In this document: one piece after another, positions 38,680 through 47,015 of the stretch
Layout of the letters: each line of letters begins with the position of its first letter
Numbering within the stretch: the stretch's first letter is position 1
Source: an uncultured Desulfospira sp.
GTDB lineage: Bacteria; Desulfobacterota; Desulfobacteria; Desulfobacterales; Desulfobacteraceae
Assembly: GCA_963663165.1 (NCBI GenBank)
Contig: OY760175.1
Span: forward strand, 3,008,001-3,072,000
Length of the DNA stretch: 64,000 nt
Reading direction: 5' to 3'
Program-made: the position numbers and the translations under genes
The notes under the pieces: generated by a model
What the model saw: only the letters and a program-made list of their open reading frames with translations
Told to the model about the DNA's origin: nothing
Databases searched by the model: none

Positions 38680-39846
38680 ATGCTTGAATTGGCATTAAAG
38701 GGAAACCGAAACTATTGGATATGGATGGGGTGTCTGGGTGCAGTCATGGCTGTGGGCGGCCTGTTTTATCTGGACCAGTTTAACCACGGTCTTATGGTCA
38801 CCGGCCAGAGCCGGGACGTGTCCTGGGGTTTTTATACGGCACAGATGACATTTTTGGTGGGGGTGGCGGCCGGCGGTATCATGCTGGTGCTTCCCTATTA
38901 CCTTCATGATTATAAAGCCTTTGGAAAAATCACCATCCTGGGGGAATTCCTGGCCGTGGCCGCCATTATCATGTGCCTTTCCTATTTGCTTGTACACCTG
39001 GGACAGCCCGCACGGGCCCTGAATATTTTTCTTCACCCCACGCCCTGGTCCATGCTGTTCTGGGACGGCAATGTTTTATCCGGTTATCTTTTACTCAATA
39101 TCATCATCGGCTGGAAGGTACTGGAGGCGGAGCGAAACGGGACACCGCCGCCAAAATGGATTAAGCCCTTGATCTACCTGTCCATTCCCATGGCGGTTTC
39201 CATCCATACCATGACCGCGTTCATTTACTGCGGCCTTCCCGGAAGGGGGTTCTGGCTTACGGCCGTCCTTGCTCCGCGGTTTCTGGCCTCTGCTTTTGCC
39301 TCAGGCCCTGCCCTGCTCATTCTTTTATGCCTGGTGATCCGGAATTTAAGTGATTTTAAGCCGGATAAAAAGGCGATTCAGTCCCTGGCTGTCATTGCGG
39401 CTTACGCCCTGGTGGCCAATCTGTTTTTCATGGTGTGCGAGGTCTTTGTGGTGTTTTATTCCAATATTCCGTCCCATAAGGCCCATTTTGTTTATCTTTA
39501 TGCCGGGCTCCACGGCAAATCAGGCCTGGTGCCCTGGATGTGGTCTTCAGTGGCGCTCATGGGCATGGCCGCATGCATCCTGCTCTTACCGGTCTTAAGA
39601 AAAAACGAAATCACCCTGGCGTTTGCCTGTACCGCTCTTTTTGCCGGCACCTGGATCGACAAGGGCATGGGAATGATTTCAGGCGGATTTGTGCCCTCGC
39701 CACTGCACCATGTCACGGAATACAGCCCCAGCCTCCATGAAGTGGCCGTCTCTGCGGGGATCACAGCCCTGGGGCTGTTTGTCCTGACCCTGCTGTATAA
39801 AATAGTGACCGGTGTGAAGGTGTACAATCAAAGCGGCCGCGCCTGA
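38680..39846 (+). CDS. dsrP: NrfD/PsrC-family membrane protein, DsrP-like (stand-alone)
   Basis: TG.SRDVSWGFY.AQ.TFLVGVAAG, LPYYLHDYKAFGKITILGEFLA, SMLFWD, AVSIHT.TAF, APRFLASAFASGPAL, WIDKG..GGFVPSP; about 10 TM segments. Confidence 0.85.
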   Translation: MLELALKGNRNYWIWMGCLGAVMAVGGLFYLDQFNHGLMVTGQSRDVSWGFYTAQMTFLVGVAAGGIMLVLPYYLHDYKAFGKITILGEFLAVAAIIMCLSYLLVHLGQPARALNIFLHPTPWSMLFWDGNVLSGYLLLNIIIGWKVLEAERNGTPPPKWIKPLIYLSIPMAVSIHTMTAFIYCGLPGRGFWLTAVLAPRFLASAFASGPALLILLCLVIRNLSDFKPDKKAIQSLAVIAAYALVANLFFMVCEVFVVFYSNIPSHKAHFVYLYAGLHGKSGLVPWMWSSVALMGMAACILLLPVLRKNEITLAFACTALFAGTWIDKGMGMISGGFVPSPLHHVTEYSPSLHEVAVSAGITALGLFVLTLLYKIVTGVKVYNQSGRA

Positions 39847-39857
39847 CAGGCGCCCAG

Positions 39858-39957
39858 TGAACCACTCGTGACCTTCTTTGATTTTGCGCACTTCATCCAT
39901 TCCCCGGGTGACGGCCGGGAGGGGAATCAGGCCCGTGACATACAGGCGGAACACCTT
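39858..39957 (-). pseudogene. Internally deleted remnant of a DUF2975 gene
   Basis: 39858-39920 matches 34036-34098 at 54/63 nt (hand alignment). Translation KVFRLYVTGLI-PLPAVTRGMDEVRKIKEGHEWF parallels KLFRLYENGII and ILTITWVMDEARKIKEDHELF. Confidence 0.75.
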
Positions 39958-41050
39958 ACAGGCCAAGCCGTTTTTTGGCGCCCCGGAACTGGTCATAGGT
40001 CAGTCCCAGTACCGATGCGGCCTGTTTCTGGTTGAACCGGCAGGATTCAAGGGCCCTGGTGAACCGATAAATCTCCAGAGACCGGACCGCCTCTTTCAGG
40101 GGCCGGTTCAACCATTGGTCCAGGGGGAAATCAGAATCTGATTCAGCCGGATTGGTTTCCCGTCCCTGGTCACCGGCCGCCGGAACAGACAGCAGGGAAG
40201 GTCCATCCCCCTCTCCTGCCAGGGCATAGGGGGATTCAAAAGGATCAAAGCTGATGTTGTCAATTTGAATCTTTCCGGATCCGAATTCATGGGGGGTTTT
40301 ATACACGGCCCGTTCAATAACGTTTTTCAATTCCCGGACATTTCCGGGCCAGGGGTAGGACTCAAGGGATTTGACCGCCTTGGGGGAGATGTCGGGGACA
40401 TCGTCCCATCCCAGTTCAAAGGCCATGCGGCCGGCAAAGTGATTGGCCAGTAACAGGATATCCTCTTTTCGGGCCCTCAGGGGGGGCACGTAAATCACCT
40501 CAAAGGAAAGCCGGTCCAGAAGATCCCGCTTAAAGGCGCCGGCCCGGGCCATCCCGGATAAATTCGCATTGGTGGCGGCAACGATCCTGACATCCACCTG
40601 AACGGGACGGGAAGACCCCACCCGTTCAAAGGCGCCGTACTCCACCACCCGGAGGATCTTTTCCTGGACATCCATGGGGATATTCCCCATCTCATCTAAA
40701 AAAAGCGTGCCTTCGGAAGCCTGCTCAAACCGGCCGGTCCGCCGGGTATCGGCCCCGGTAAAGGCCCCCTTTTCATACCCGAACAACTCGGCCCCGATCA
40801 GGGTGGGGGTCAAGGCCGCACAATTTAGGGTCACCAAAGGCTTTTGCCACCGTTTGGACAAAAAATGGATCCTTGCGGCAGCCAGTTCCTTTCCCGTCCC
40901 CCGTTCTCCCAAAATAAGCACCGGCCGGTCAATGGGCGCCACCCGGGACAGCTGCTCCTGGAACCGGATAAACGCCTCTGACTGCCCTAACGCCTGGGCC
41001 ATGGAGACCTCCGGGGAACCCCCGCCATCTGAATTACGGTAAACCATCAT
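39956..41050 (-). CDS. pspF: Phage shock protein operon activator (sigma54 EBP)
   Basis: GERGTGKEL, ELFGYEKGAFTGA, LFLDE, DLLDRLSF, WPGNVRELKN, C-terminal HTH LGLTYDQFR; no regulatory domain; divergent from pspA. Confidence 0.95.
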   Translation of the reverse strand: MMVYRNSDGGGSPEVSMAQALGQSEAFIRFQEQLSRVAPIDRPVLILGERGTGKELAAARIHFLSKRWQKPLVTLNCAALTPTLIGAELFGYEKGAFTGADTRRTGRFEQASEGTLFLDEMGNIPMDVQEKILRVVEYGAFERVGSSRPVQVDVRIVAATNANLSGMARAGAFKRDLLDRLSFEVIYVPPLRARKEDILLLANHFAGRMAFELGWDDVPDISPKAVKSLESYPWPGNVRELKNVIERAVYKTPHEFGSGKIQIDNISFDPFESPYALAGEGDGPSLLSVPAAGDQGRETNPAESDSDFPLDQWLNRPLKEAVRSLEIYRFTRALESCRFNQKQAASVLGLTYDQFRGAKKRLGL

Positions 41051-41061
41051 TCACACCCCAT

Positions 41062-41100
41062 TCTGGCTAAATTTGCCAGATTATAGTTAAATCCACCATA
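41062..41100. promoter_or_regulatory. Candidate PspF upstream activator sequences
   Basis: Palindrome TCTGGCTAAATTTGCCAGA and adjacent TAGTTAAATCCACCA, about 100 bp upstream of the sigma54 promoter and overlapping the pspF upstream region, as in enterobacterial psp loci. Confidence 0.6.
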
Positions 41101-41186
41101 TTTTTAAAAAACCTACCACATCCATATTTTAATGTCAAACCCAACAACTACTTGAAATCACAATGAAAAATAAAATCCTGCCCAAC

Positions 41187-41203
41187 CTGGCACACATCCT
41201 GCT
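41187..41203 (+). promoter_or_regulatory. Sigma54 (-24/-12) promoter of pspABC
   Basis: CTGGCACACATCCTGCT, GG-N10-GC spacing. Confidence 0.85.
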
Positions 41204-41283
41204 CTATAACCATTTAAACAGGCCGGAAAAAAATAACACAAAACACACCCGGCTGCCGGGCCATTACAGCCCGGACAGAAACA

Positions 41284-41318
41284 GGCTAATGGCTAACAGC
41301 TAAAGGCTAACAGCTAAA
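41284..41318 (+). repeat. Five rGCTAAn heptamers directly before the pspA RBS
   Basis: GGCTAAT-GGCTAAC-AGCTAAA-GGCTAAC-AGCTAAA. Confidence 0.85.
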
Positions 41319-41336
41319 ACAAAAGGAGAGTACCAA

Positions 41337-42020
41337 ATGGGAATTTTCACCAGATTCAAAGACATTGTCGCATCCAACATCAGCGCTATGCTGGACAAAG
41401 CCGAAGACCCTGAAAAACTGATCAAGCTCATGATCCGGGAAATGGAAGATACCTTAATTGAACTAAAGTCTTCCTGTGCCGGGACCATTGCCAGCCAGAA
41501 AAAAGTGGGACGGCTTCTGGAAGACTCCAGAGAAAAAGAGGCCTTCTGGACCCAAAAAGCCGACCTGGCCGTCACAAAGGGGCGGGACGACCTGGCCCGG
41601 CAGGCCCTGATTGAAAAACGGCGGTTCACCCAGAGAATCGAGGCCGTTGAAGAAGAACTCACCGAACTCGAATCCATTGCCGACCAGTACAGAGATGACA
41701 TTCAGGAGCTGGAAAACAAGCTCAAAACCGCCCGGGAAAAACAGCGGCTCCTGGTTCAGCGGCATATCCGGGCCACCAACAAAAAACAGGCCCAGCAGGA
41801 AATCCGCAGGGCGGACAGTGCTGAAATCATGCAGAAATTCGAAGAAATGGAAACCCATATCGAACGGATGGAGGCTGAGGCCGACCTGGTCAACTTCGGC
41901 CGGAAAAACAGCCTAGAGCAGGCCTTTGACACCCTTGAAGCCGATGATGAAATAGAAAAACAGCTCAAGGCATTAAAATCCTTAAAATCTGAAAAAATCA
42001 GTGATACAACCGATGTGTAA
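41337..42020 (+). CDS. pspA: Phage shock protein A
   Basis: MGIFTRFKDIVASNISAMLDKAEDPEKLIKLMIREMEDTLIE; coiled coil. Confidence 0.97.
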   Translation: MGIFTRFKDIVASNISAMLDKAEDPEKLIKLMIREMEDTLIELKSSCAGTIASQKKVGRLLEDSREKEAFWTQKADLAVTKGRDDLARQALIEKRRFTQRIEAVEEELTELESIADQYRDDIQELENKLKTAREKQRLLVQRHIRATNKKQAQQEIRRADSAEIMQKFEEMETHIERMEAEADLVNFGRKNSLEQAFDTLEADDEIEKQLKALKSLKSEKISDTTDV

Positions 42021-42113
42021 CCGGTGCAGACCGGCCAAGACAGACTTACAAAAAACAGCGAAAGCCAAGCGCTTTTACATTAACCGCCAACCGCCACAAA
42101 GGAGCCGTCAGCC

Positions 42114-42362
42114 ATGATGCATGGCGCAGTTATCATAGGAATGTGTATCGGAGGGGCCATCCTTATCCTGGTCACCTTAGGTTTGATTGTCATCGGCATT
42201 ATCCGGACCATCAAAACCGGGGGCCTTTTCAAAAAGGAAAAAGAGGCCCACACCGATGAAACCCGGATGATCCAGGAAATATTCAGGGGGCTTTCCAAAA
42301 TGGAAGAACGGGTGGAAGCCCTTGAAACCATCCTGATTGAACGAAAGAAAAAGGACATATAA
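42114..42362 (+). CDS. pspB: Phage shock protein B-like membrane protein
   Basis: One TM, MEERVEALETIL motif; between pspA and pspC. Confidence 0.85.
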   Translation: MMHGAVIIGMCIGGAILILVTLGLIVIGIIRTIKTGGLFKKEKEAHTDETRMIQEIFRGLSKMEERVEALETILIERKKKDI

Positions 42363-42364
42363 CC

Positions 42365-42808
42365 ATGAGGCACAATTTCAAACGACATGCTGGAACCGGC
42401 CGCTTCGGACGATCCTGGGGACACCGAGGGCCGGGAAGACTGTTCCGGCAAAAAAGCGAATTGTTCGGCCAGCCGGTTTACCGGTCCCGGCGTGGCATGC
42501 TTTTAGGGGTCTGCAAAGGCATTGCCGGACACTTTGGCCTTAACCTGGTCTGGCTCAGGATCATTGTATTTATATTGTTTTTGTTCACCGGATTCTGGCC
42601 GGCAGGGGTTCTTTACATCATTGCCGCAATTATCATGAACATGGAACCGGCAAGCCCCATCCAGGACGAGCAGGACAAGGAATTCTACCAGTCCTATACC
42701 CAGTCCAGGGACTCGGCCATCCAGCGCATCAAGCGAAAATTCGACAATATTGACCGGCGGATACAGCGAATGGAGGATACGGTCACGTCCAAGGAATTTG
42801 AGCTTTAG
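42365..42808 (+). CDS. pspC: Phage shock protein C
   Basis: YRSRRGMLLGVCKGIAGHFG, TM, RRIQRMEDTVTSKEF; Arg/Gly-rich N-terminal extension. Confidence 0.92.
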   Translation: MRHNFKRHAGTGRFGRSWGHRGPGRLFRQKSELFGQPVYRSRRGMLLGVCKGIAGHFGLNLVWLRIIVFILFLFTGFWPAGVLYIIAAIIMNMEPASPIQDEQDKEFYQSYTQSRDSAIQRIKRKFDNIDRRIQRMEDTVTSKEFEL

Positions 42809-42823
42809 TCCGGATATTCCGGG

Positions 42824-43441
42824 TTAGAAGATTCCCAGCAGCTCAAACCCGTCTTTAAACAACACCAGGGCCAGCAAACACAGGGCAAGCCCCAGTCCCT
42901 TTAAGGTAAACACATAGATCCGCCCTTTTAAAAACACCCGGGATCTTTCGGTGACCAGGGCAAGCCCTGTTTTTGACCCAACCAGCAGCAGATAAAAACT
43001 CCCCACAAAGGCCAGAGGGCCGGCAATCCCCGCCTCCATGGCCCGGGCCACCACCGGCCCCCCCACACTGATCCAGAACAGATAAGGGTGGGGGCTTAAA
43101 AAATTCACCAGGATCCCCTTGGCCAGGGAACGGTCTTTCCTGACCCCGGTTTTGACGGCGGTGCCCGAGGATTTGACCGATTTGATCCCCATGGAAAAAA
43201 TCACACAGCCGCCCACTAGGGAAATCATGCCCATGATGCTGTGAAAGCCGGAAAGCTTTGACAACAGGAATACCGACGCCAGAATAATGGGAAGATCTGT
43301 AACCACAGGTGCCAGGGCCACCCGGACACCGGCCCTGACACCATGTTCCAGGGTTTCGGAAACCACCAGGGTCAGAAGGGGGCCCGGCGCCATGCCCGCC
43401 GAAAACCCTAGCAGCGCGCCCATCCATAAATAGTGAATCAT
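42824..43441 (-). CDS. LysE-family translocator
   Basis: AGMAPGPLLTLV, KGILVNFLSPHPYLFW; multiple TM segments. Confidence 0.88.
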   Translation of the reverse strand: MIHYLWMGALLGFSAGMAPGPLLTLVVSETLEHGVRAGVRVALAPVVTDLPIILASVFLLSKLSGFHSIMGMISLVGGCVIFSMGIKSVKSSGTAVKTGVRKDRSLAKGILVNFLSPHPYLFWISVGGPVVARAMEAGIAGPLAFVGSFYLLLVGSKTGLALVTERSRVFLKGRIYVFTLKGLGLALCLLALVLFKDGFELLGIF

Positions 43442-43543
43442 AACCAGACTCTTTTCCTAAAATTCAAACAAGAGCGTTACTATAGACAGAAACCGCCTCT
43501 GGATCAAGATTTATTGCAGAAGGGGAATATGGTTAATTAAAAT

Positions 43544-43610
43544 GGACTTGGGATATGGGACTTGGGGATTGCAGCGTCCGTGGCCTGACCAAGTCCCATA
43601 TCCCAAGTCC
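43544..43610. repeat. Perfect 22-bp inverted repeat built from GGGAyTT-like heptamers
   Basis: GGACTTGGGATATGGGACTTGG (43544-43565) and CCAAGTCCCATATCCCAAGTCC (43589-43610). Confidence 0.88.
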
Positions 43611-43677
43611 CAATTCTAACTTCCTCCATCTAATAAAATTTCTGAATTCTTCGGCGGTATGAGGTGTCCTTGAAAGG

Positions 43678-43716
43678 AAAAAATACGGGCGACCCCGGTG
43701 CCCCGGGCCGCCCGTA
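43678..43716 (-). terminator. Rho-independent terminator of the dodecin gene
   Basis: GC-rich stem TACGGGCG/CGCCCGTA followed on the minus strand by T6, about 20 bp after the stop codon. Confidence 0.75.
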
Positions 43717-43737
43717 GGTGGAATGTGATGGGAACGG

Positions 43738-43947
43738 CTATTCCTGATACTTGAACGACAGCCTTAAGTTGGCCCTGAACTGGGCAGGTTTGCCGTCTTC
43801 AATTTTAATGTCCAGTTTCTGGACTTCGGCAATTCTCAGATCCCTTAGAGAACCGGATGCTTTTTCAATGGCCCTGTTGGCCGCATCCTCCCAGGATGTC
43901 GGACTTGATCCCACAAGGTCGATAATTTTGTAAACGCTTTCTGTCAT
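43738..43947 (-). CDS. Dodecin-family protein
   Basis: VYKIIDLVGSSPTSWEDAA..AI..AS.SLRDLR..EV...FRANLRLSF; GGAGG RBS. Confidence 0.92.
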   Translation of the reverse strand: MTESVYKIIDLVGSSPTSWEDAANRAIEKASGSLRDLRIAEVQKLDIKIEDGKPAQFRANLRLSFKYQE

Positions 43948-44230
43948 GATTCACCTCCCTGGATTAAAATTAAACAGACCAAAGGCCTGGTCTGGCCTCC
44001 TTGCACATAGCCAACAGCTAACGGCTGGCAGCTAATAGCCAAAAGCGGTGAACGTGGAATGGCAAAGTAGTAAAAAAACAAATCAATTGCGATATGGAAT
44101 GATTGATTATATAAAAATTAGATCAATTGTCAAAACCTTTTTCCCGGGTTCCGGCATGTTCAACTGACAGGTGCCGGGATTAAGGGCCACCGGTATTTTT
44201 TATTGACTGCTCAACAAAGGAGAATGGGAA

Positions 44231-45004
44231 ATGGAAGAAATCATTATTGAGAAAGCTCAAAACTATGTTGGAACCGTCACCCTGAACCGCCCTGAACAGA
44301 TGAACACCTTCAGCAGCCTCATGGCAGAGGAACTCAACCAGGCCCTGACCGAACTGGATGCCGACCCTGAAGTCCGGGTTATCCGGATCAAAGGCGCCGG
44401 CAAAGCCTTTTGCGCCGGCATTGATGTCAATGAGCTGGAAGGGAAAACCGCCATGGAATACCGGGAATGGATTGAAAAAATGGAGCGGCCCCTGATATCC
44501 ATTTCAAAACTGTCCACCCCGGTCATTGCCCAGCTCCACGGGGTGGCCGCCGCCAACGGCATGGGGGTAATCGCGGCATCGGACCTGGTCATTGCCGCAG
44601 ACAACGCCCGCATGGGACTGACCGCCATTAATGTGGGGCTCAACTGCGTGGGGCCCATTATTCCGGTGGCCCGGTGCGTGGGACGGAAAAAAGCCCTGGA
44701 ACTGCTGCTTTACGGAGAGCTGATCAAGGCTGAACAGGCCCTGAACCTGGGCTTGATCAACAAGATCGTCCCGGCCGATGAACTGGAAGACAAGGCCCTT
44801 GAATGGGCACAGGTTCTGGCCCAGAAGAGTCCCATCGCCGTTAAAATCGCAAAAACCGCCTTTTATCAGTCTGAAGACATGGACTACGACAGGCAATTCG
44901 CCTATATGAACGAAGCCTTTGCCCGGCTGTGCACCACCAGCGATGCCAAGGAAGGGGTCAAGGCTTTTTTTGAAAAACGAGCACCTGAATGGACACTGAC
45001 ATAA
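44231..45004 (+). CDS. Enoyl-CoA hydratase/isomerase (crotonase) family protein
   Basis: VTLNRPE, AFCAGID, PVIAQLHG, KALELLL.GE.I.A..AL..GLIN, EGVKAFFEKR.P. Confidence 0.92.
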   Translation: MEEIIIEKAQNYVGTVTLNRPEQMNTFSSLMAEELNQALTELDADPEVRVIRIKGAGKAFCAGIDVNELEGKTAMEYREWIEKMERPLISISKLSTPVIAQLHGVAAANGMGVIAASDLVIAADNARMGLTAINVGLNCVGPIIPVARCVGRKKALELLLYGELIKAEQALNLGLINKIVPADELEDKALEWAQVLAQKSPIAVKIAKTAFYQSEDMDYDRQFAYMNEAFARLCTTSDAKEGVKAFFEKRAPEWTLT

Positions 45005-45711
45005 CCCCTGGTTTTAAATTGACTCCCATTGCCGTTATCCACTCCTGCTTTAAGGAAAAATTCGGCATTCCCAGACAACCCAACCTGGTTCCGGAGGCCC
45101 CGGCCACCCTGGTATTTGAGCCTGAATTTAGAAGGCCCGAGACGGTCCGGGGCCTGGCCGGGTTTTCCCATATCTGGATTATTTTTTTGTTTCATCAGTC
45201 CCCTGCCGGGTCCTGGCGGACCATGGTCCGCCCGCCCCGGCTGGGCGGCAATAAAAAGGTGGGCATATTTGCCTCAAGATCCCCGTTCAGGCCCAACCCC
45301 GTGGGCATGTCCGCCGTTGCTTTAGATTCCATTGAACAGACCCCCAAGGGGCCTGTCCTCCATCTTAAAGGCGGTGATTTTCTGGACCAGACCCCTGTTC
45401 TGGATATCAAGCCTTATCTGCCCTATTCCGACAGCATCCCTGACGCTGCCCCGGGATTTGCCCCAAAGGCCCCGGACCCTGGATTGGAGATCAGGTTTTG
45501 CCAAAAGGCCCGGAAACAGTGCATAGAGATTGAAAGAAAAATTCCCCGGTTTACAGCCATTGTTACCCAGGTACTGGAAAACGACCCCCGGCCGGCCTAT
45601 ACCGCAGACAGAGGGGAAGGCCTTGAACAGGAGTTTGGGTTTTGCCTCTTTGATTACAACATTAAATGGCGGCAGAAAGGGCGCACCGCAACCGTGACAC
45701 AGATTACATGA
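44989..45711 (+). CDS. trmO: tRNA (N6-threonylcarbamoyladenosine37-N6)-methyltransferase TrmO (TsaA/YaeB)
   Basis: KFGIPRQP, GL.GFSHIWIIF.FH, VRPPRLGGN, FASRSPFRPNP, TPVLDIKPY, DPRPAY. Confidence 0.95.
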   Translation: MDTDITPGFKLTPIAVIHSCFKEKFGIPRQPNLVPEAPATLVFEPEFRRPETVRGLAGFSHIWIIFLFHQSPAGSWRTMVRPPRLGGNKKVGIFASRSPFRPNPVGMSAVALDSIEQTPKGPVLHLKGGDFLDQTPVLDIKPYLPYSDSIPDAAPGFAPKAPDPGLEIRFCQKARKQCIEIERKIPRFTAIVTQVLENDPRPAYTADRGEGLEQEFGFCLFDYNIKWRQKGRTATVTQIT

Positions 45712-45721
45712 CGTTCAAACA

Positions 45722-46846
45722 CTACCCGGATGCAAGGGCTTCGCGCTCCTCATCAAAGTCTGCAAACTCCAGGGCAATGGCGCGAAACTCGTCCGTAATC
45801 TCTAAAAACTTGTCCACCAGTATCGGATCAAAGTGGGTCCCCCGTCCCTCGACAATGATCTCCACGGCCTTGTCGTGGGGGATACTGGCCTTGTAAACCC
45901 GTTTACTGATCAGGGCGTCATACACGTCGGCAATGGCCATAATCCGCGCAGACAATGGGATATCCTCCCCGGACAACCCTTGCGGGTACCCTGAGCCGTC
46001 CCATTTTTCGTGGTGGCTGCCGGCGATCTCCTGGGCAATATGCAAAAAGCTGTTACTGCCCAGCTTTCGCTCTGCCTTTCGCAGGCTGTCCCGGCCATAT
46101 ATGGTGTGGGCTTTCATCAGCTCAAACTCTTCGGGGGTAAGCTTTCCCGGTTTGAGCATGATGGTGTCGGACACCCCGACTTTGCCGATATCGTGTACCG
46201 GGGCCGACAGGTAGAGAAGGTCAATGGTCCGGGGGTCCAGCCGGTCGGCAAACCGTGGGTCCTTGGCCGCCTGGACCGCCAGGGCCCGGACATAGTTTTT
46301 GGTCCGGGAGATATGGCCGCCGGTTTCCGGGTCACGGCATTCCGTAAGCGTGGCCATGCTTTCAATGGTCACCTCTTTGACCAGGGCCAGTTCATGGGTC
46401 CGTTCCTGGACCAGCTCCTCCAAGTGGTCATGGTGGCGCTTGAGGTCCAGGTGGTTTCTTACCCGGGCCCTGACGATCTCGGGAACAATGGGCTTGGTAA
46501 TGTAATCCACCGCCCCCATGGAGAACCCCTTGGCCTCCTGGCCCACCTCGGTCAGCGAGGTGACGAAAATTACCGGGATATGCGCCGTACCCGCATCGGC
46601 TTTGAGCAAACGGCAGACCTCGTATCCATCCATTTCAGGCATGACCACGTCCAGCAGGATAATATCGGGTTTGCGCTCCTTGCGGCAGGTTGCCAGGGCC
46701 TTTTCACCGCTCTTGGCCACAATAACGTTATAATCCCCTTTCAAGACTTCAATTATCGCGTGAAGATTCTCAGGAGCGTCGTCCACCGCTAAAACAACGG
46801 GTGTGGAAGATAGTGGAGATAATGATGACATGACGGTTTCCTTCAT
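45722..46846 (-). CDS. REC plus HD-GYP response regulator (c-di-GMP phosphodiesterase, RpfG-like)
   Basis: ILLDVVMP receiver; ETGGH, HDIGK, HHEKWDGSGYP, ADVYDAL, R.YK. Confidence 0.95.
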   Translation of the reverse strand: MKETVMSSLSPLSSTPVVLAVDDAPENLHAIIEVLKGDYNVIVAKSGEKALATCRKERKPDIILLDVVMPEMDGYEVCRLLKADAGTAHIPVIFVTSLTEVGQEAKGFSMGAVDYITKPIVPEIVRARVRNHLDLKRHHDHLEELVQERTHELALVKEVTIESMATLTECRDPETGGHISRTKNYVRALAVQAAKDPRFADRLDPRTIDLLYLSAPVHDIGKVGVSDTIMLKPGKLTPEEFELMKAHTIYGRDSLRKAERKLGSNSFLHIAQEIAGSHHEKWDGSGYPQGLSGEDIPLSARIMAIADVYDALISKRVYKASIPHDKAVEIIVEGRGTHFDPILVDKFLEITDEFRAIALEFADFDEEREALASG

Positions 46847-47015
46847 TTCGTTTACATGCCCATGGCCTGTATGTCTTGGCGTACAGCCTTAAAGCGGCAT
46901 TCTATACGGAATATTTCAAGGCATTGTTCATTTTTTTCGACGATACAGCCATCTTACAAATTGTTGCATTGATTATCAAATAAATTTTTTAAATATTATT
47001 AAATATTAAAGATAT

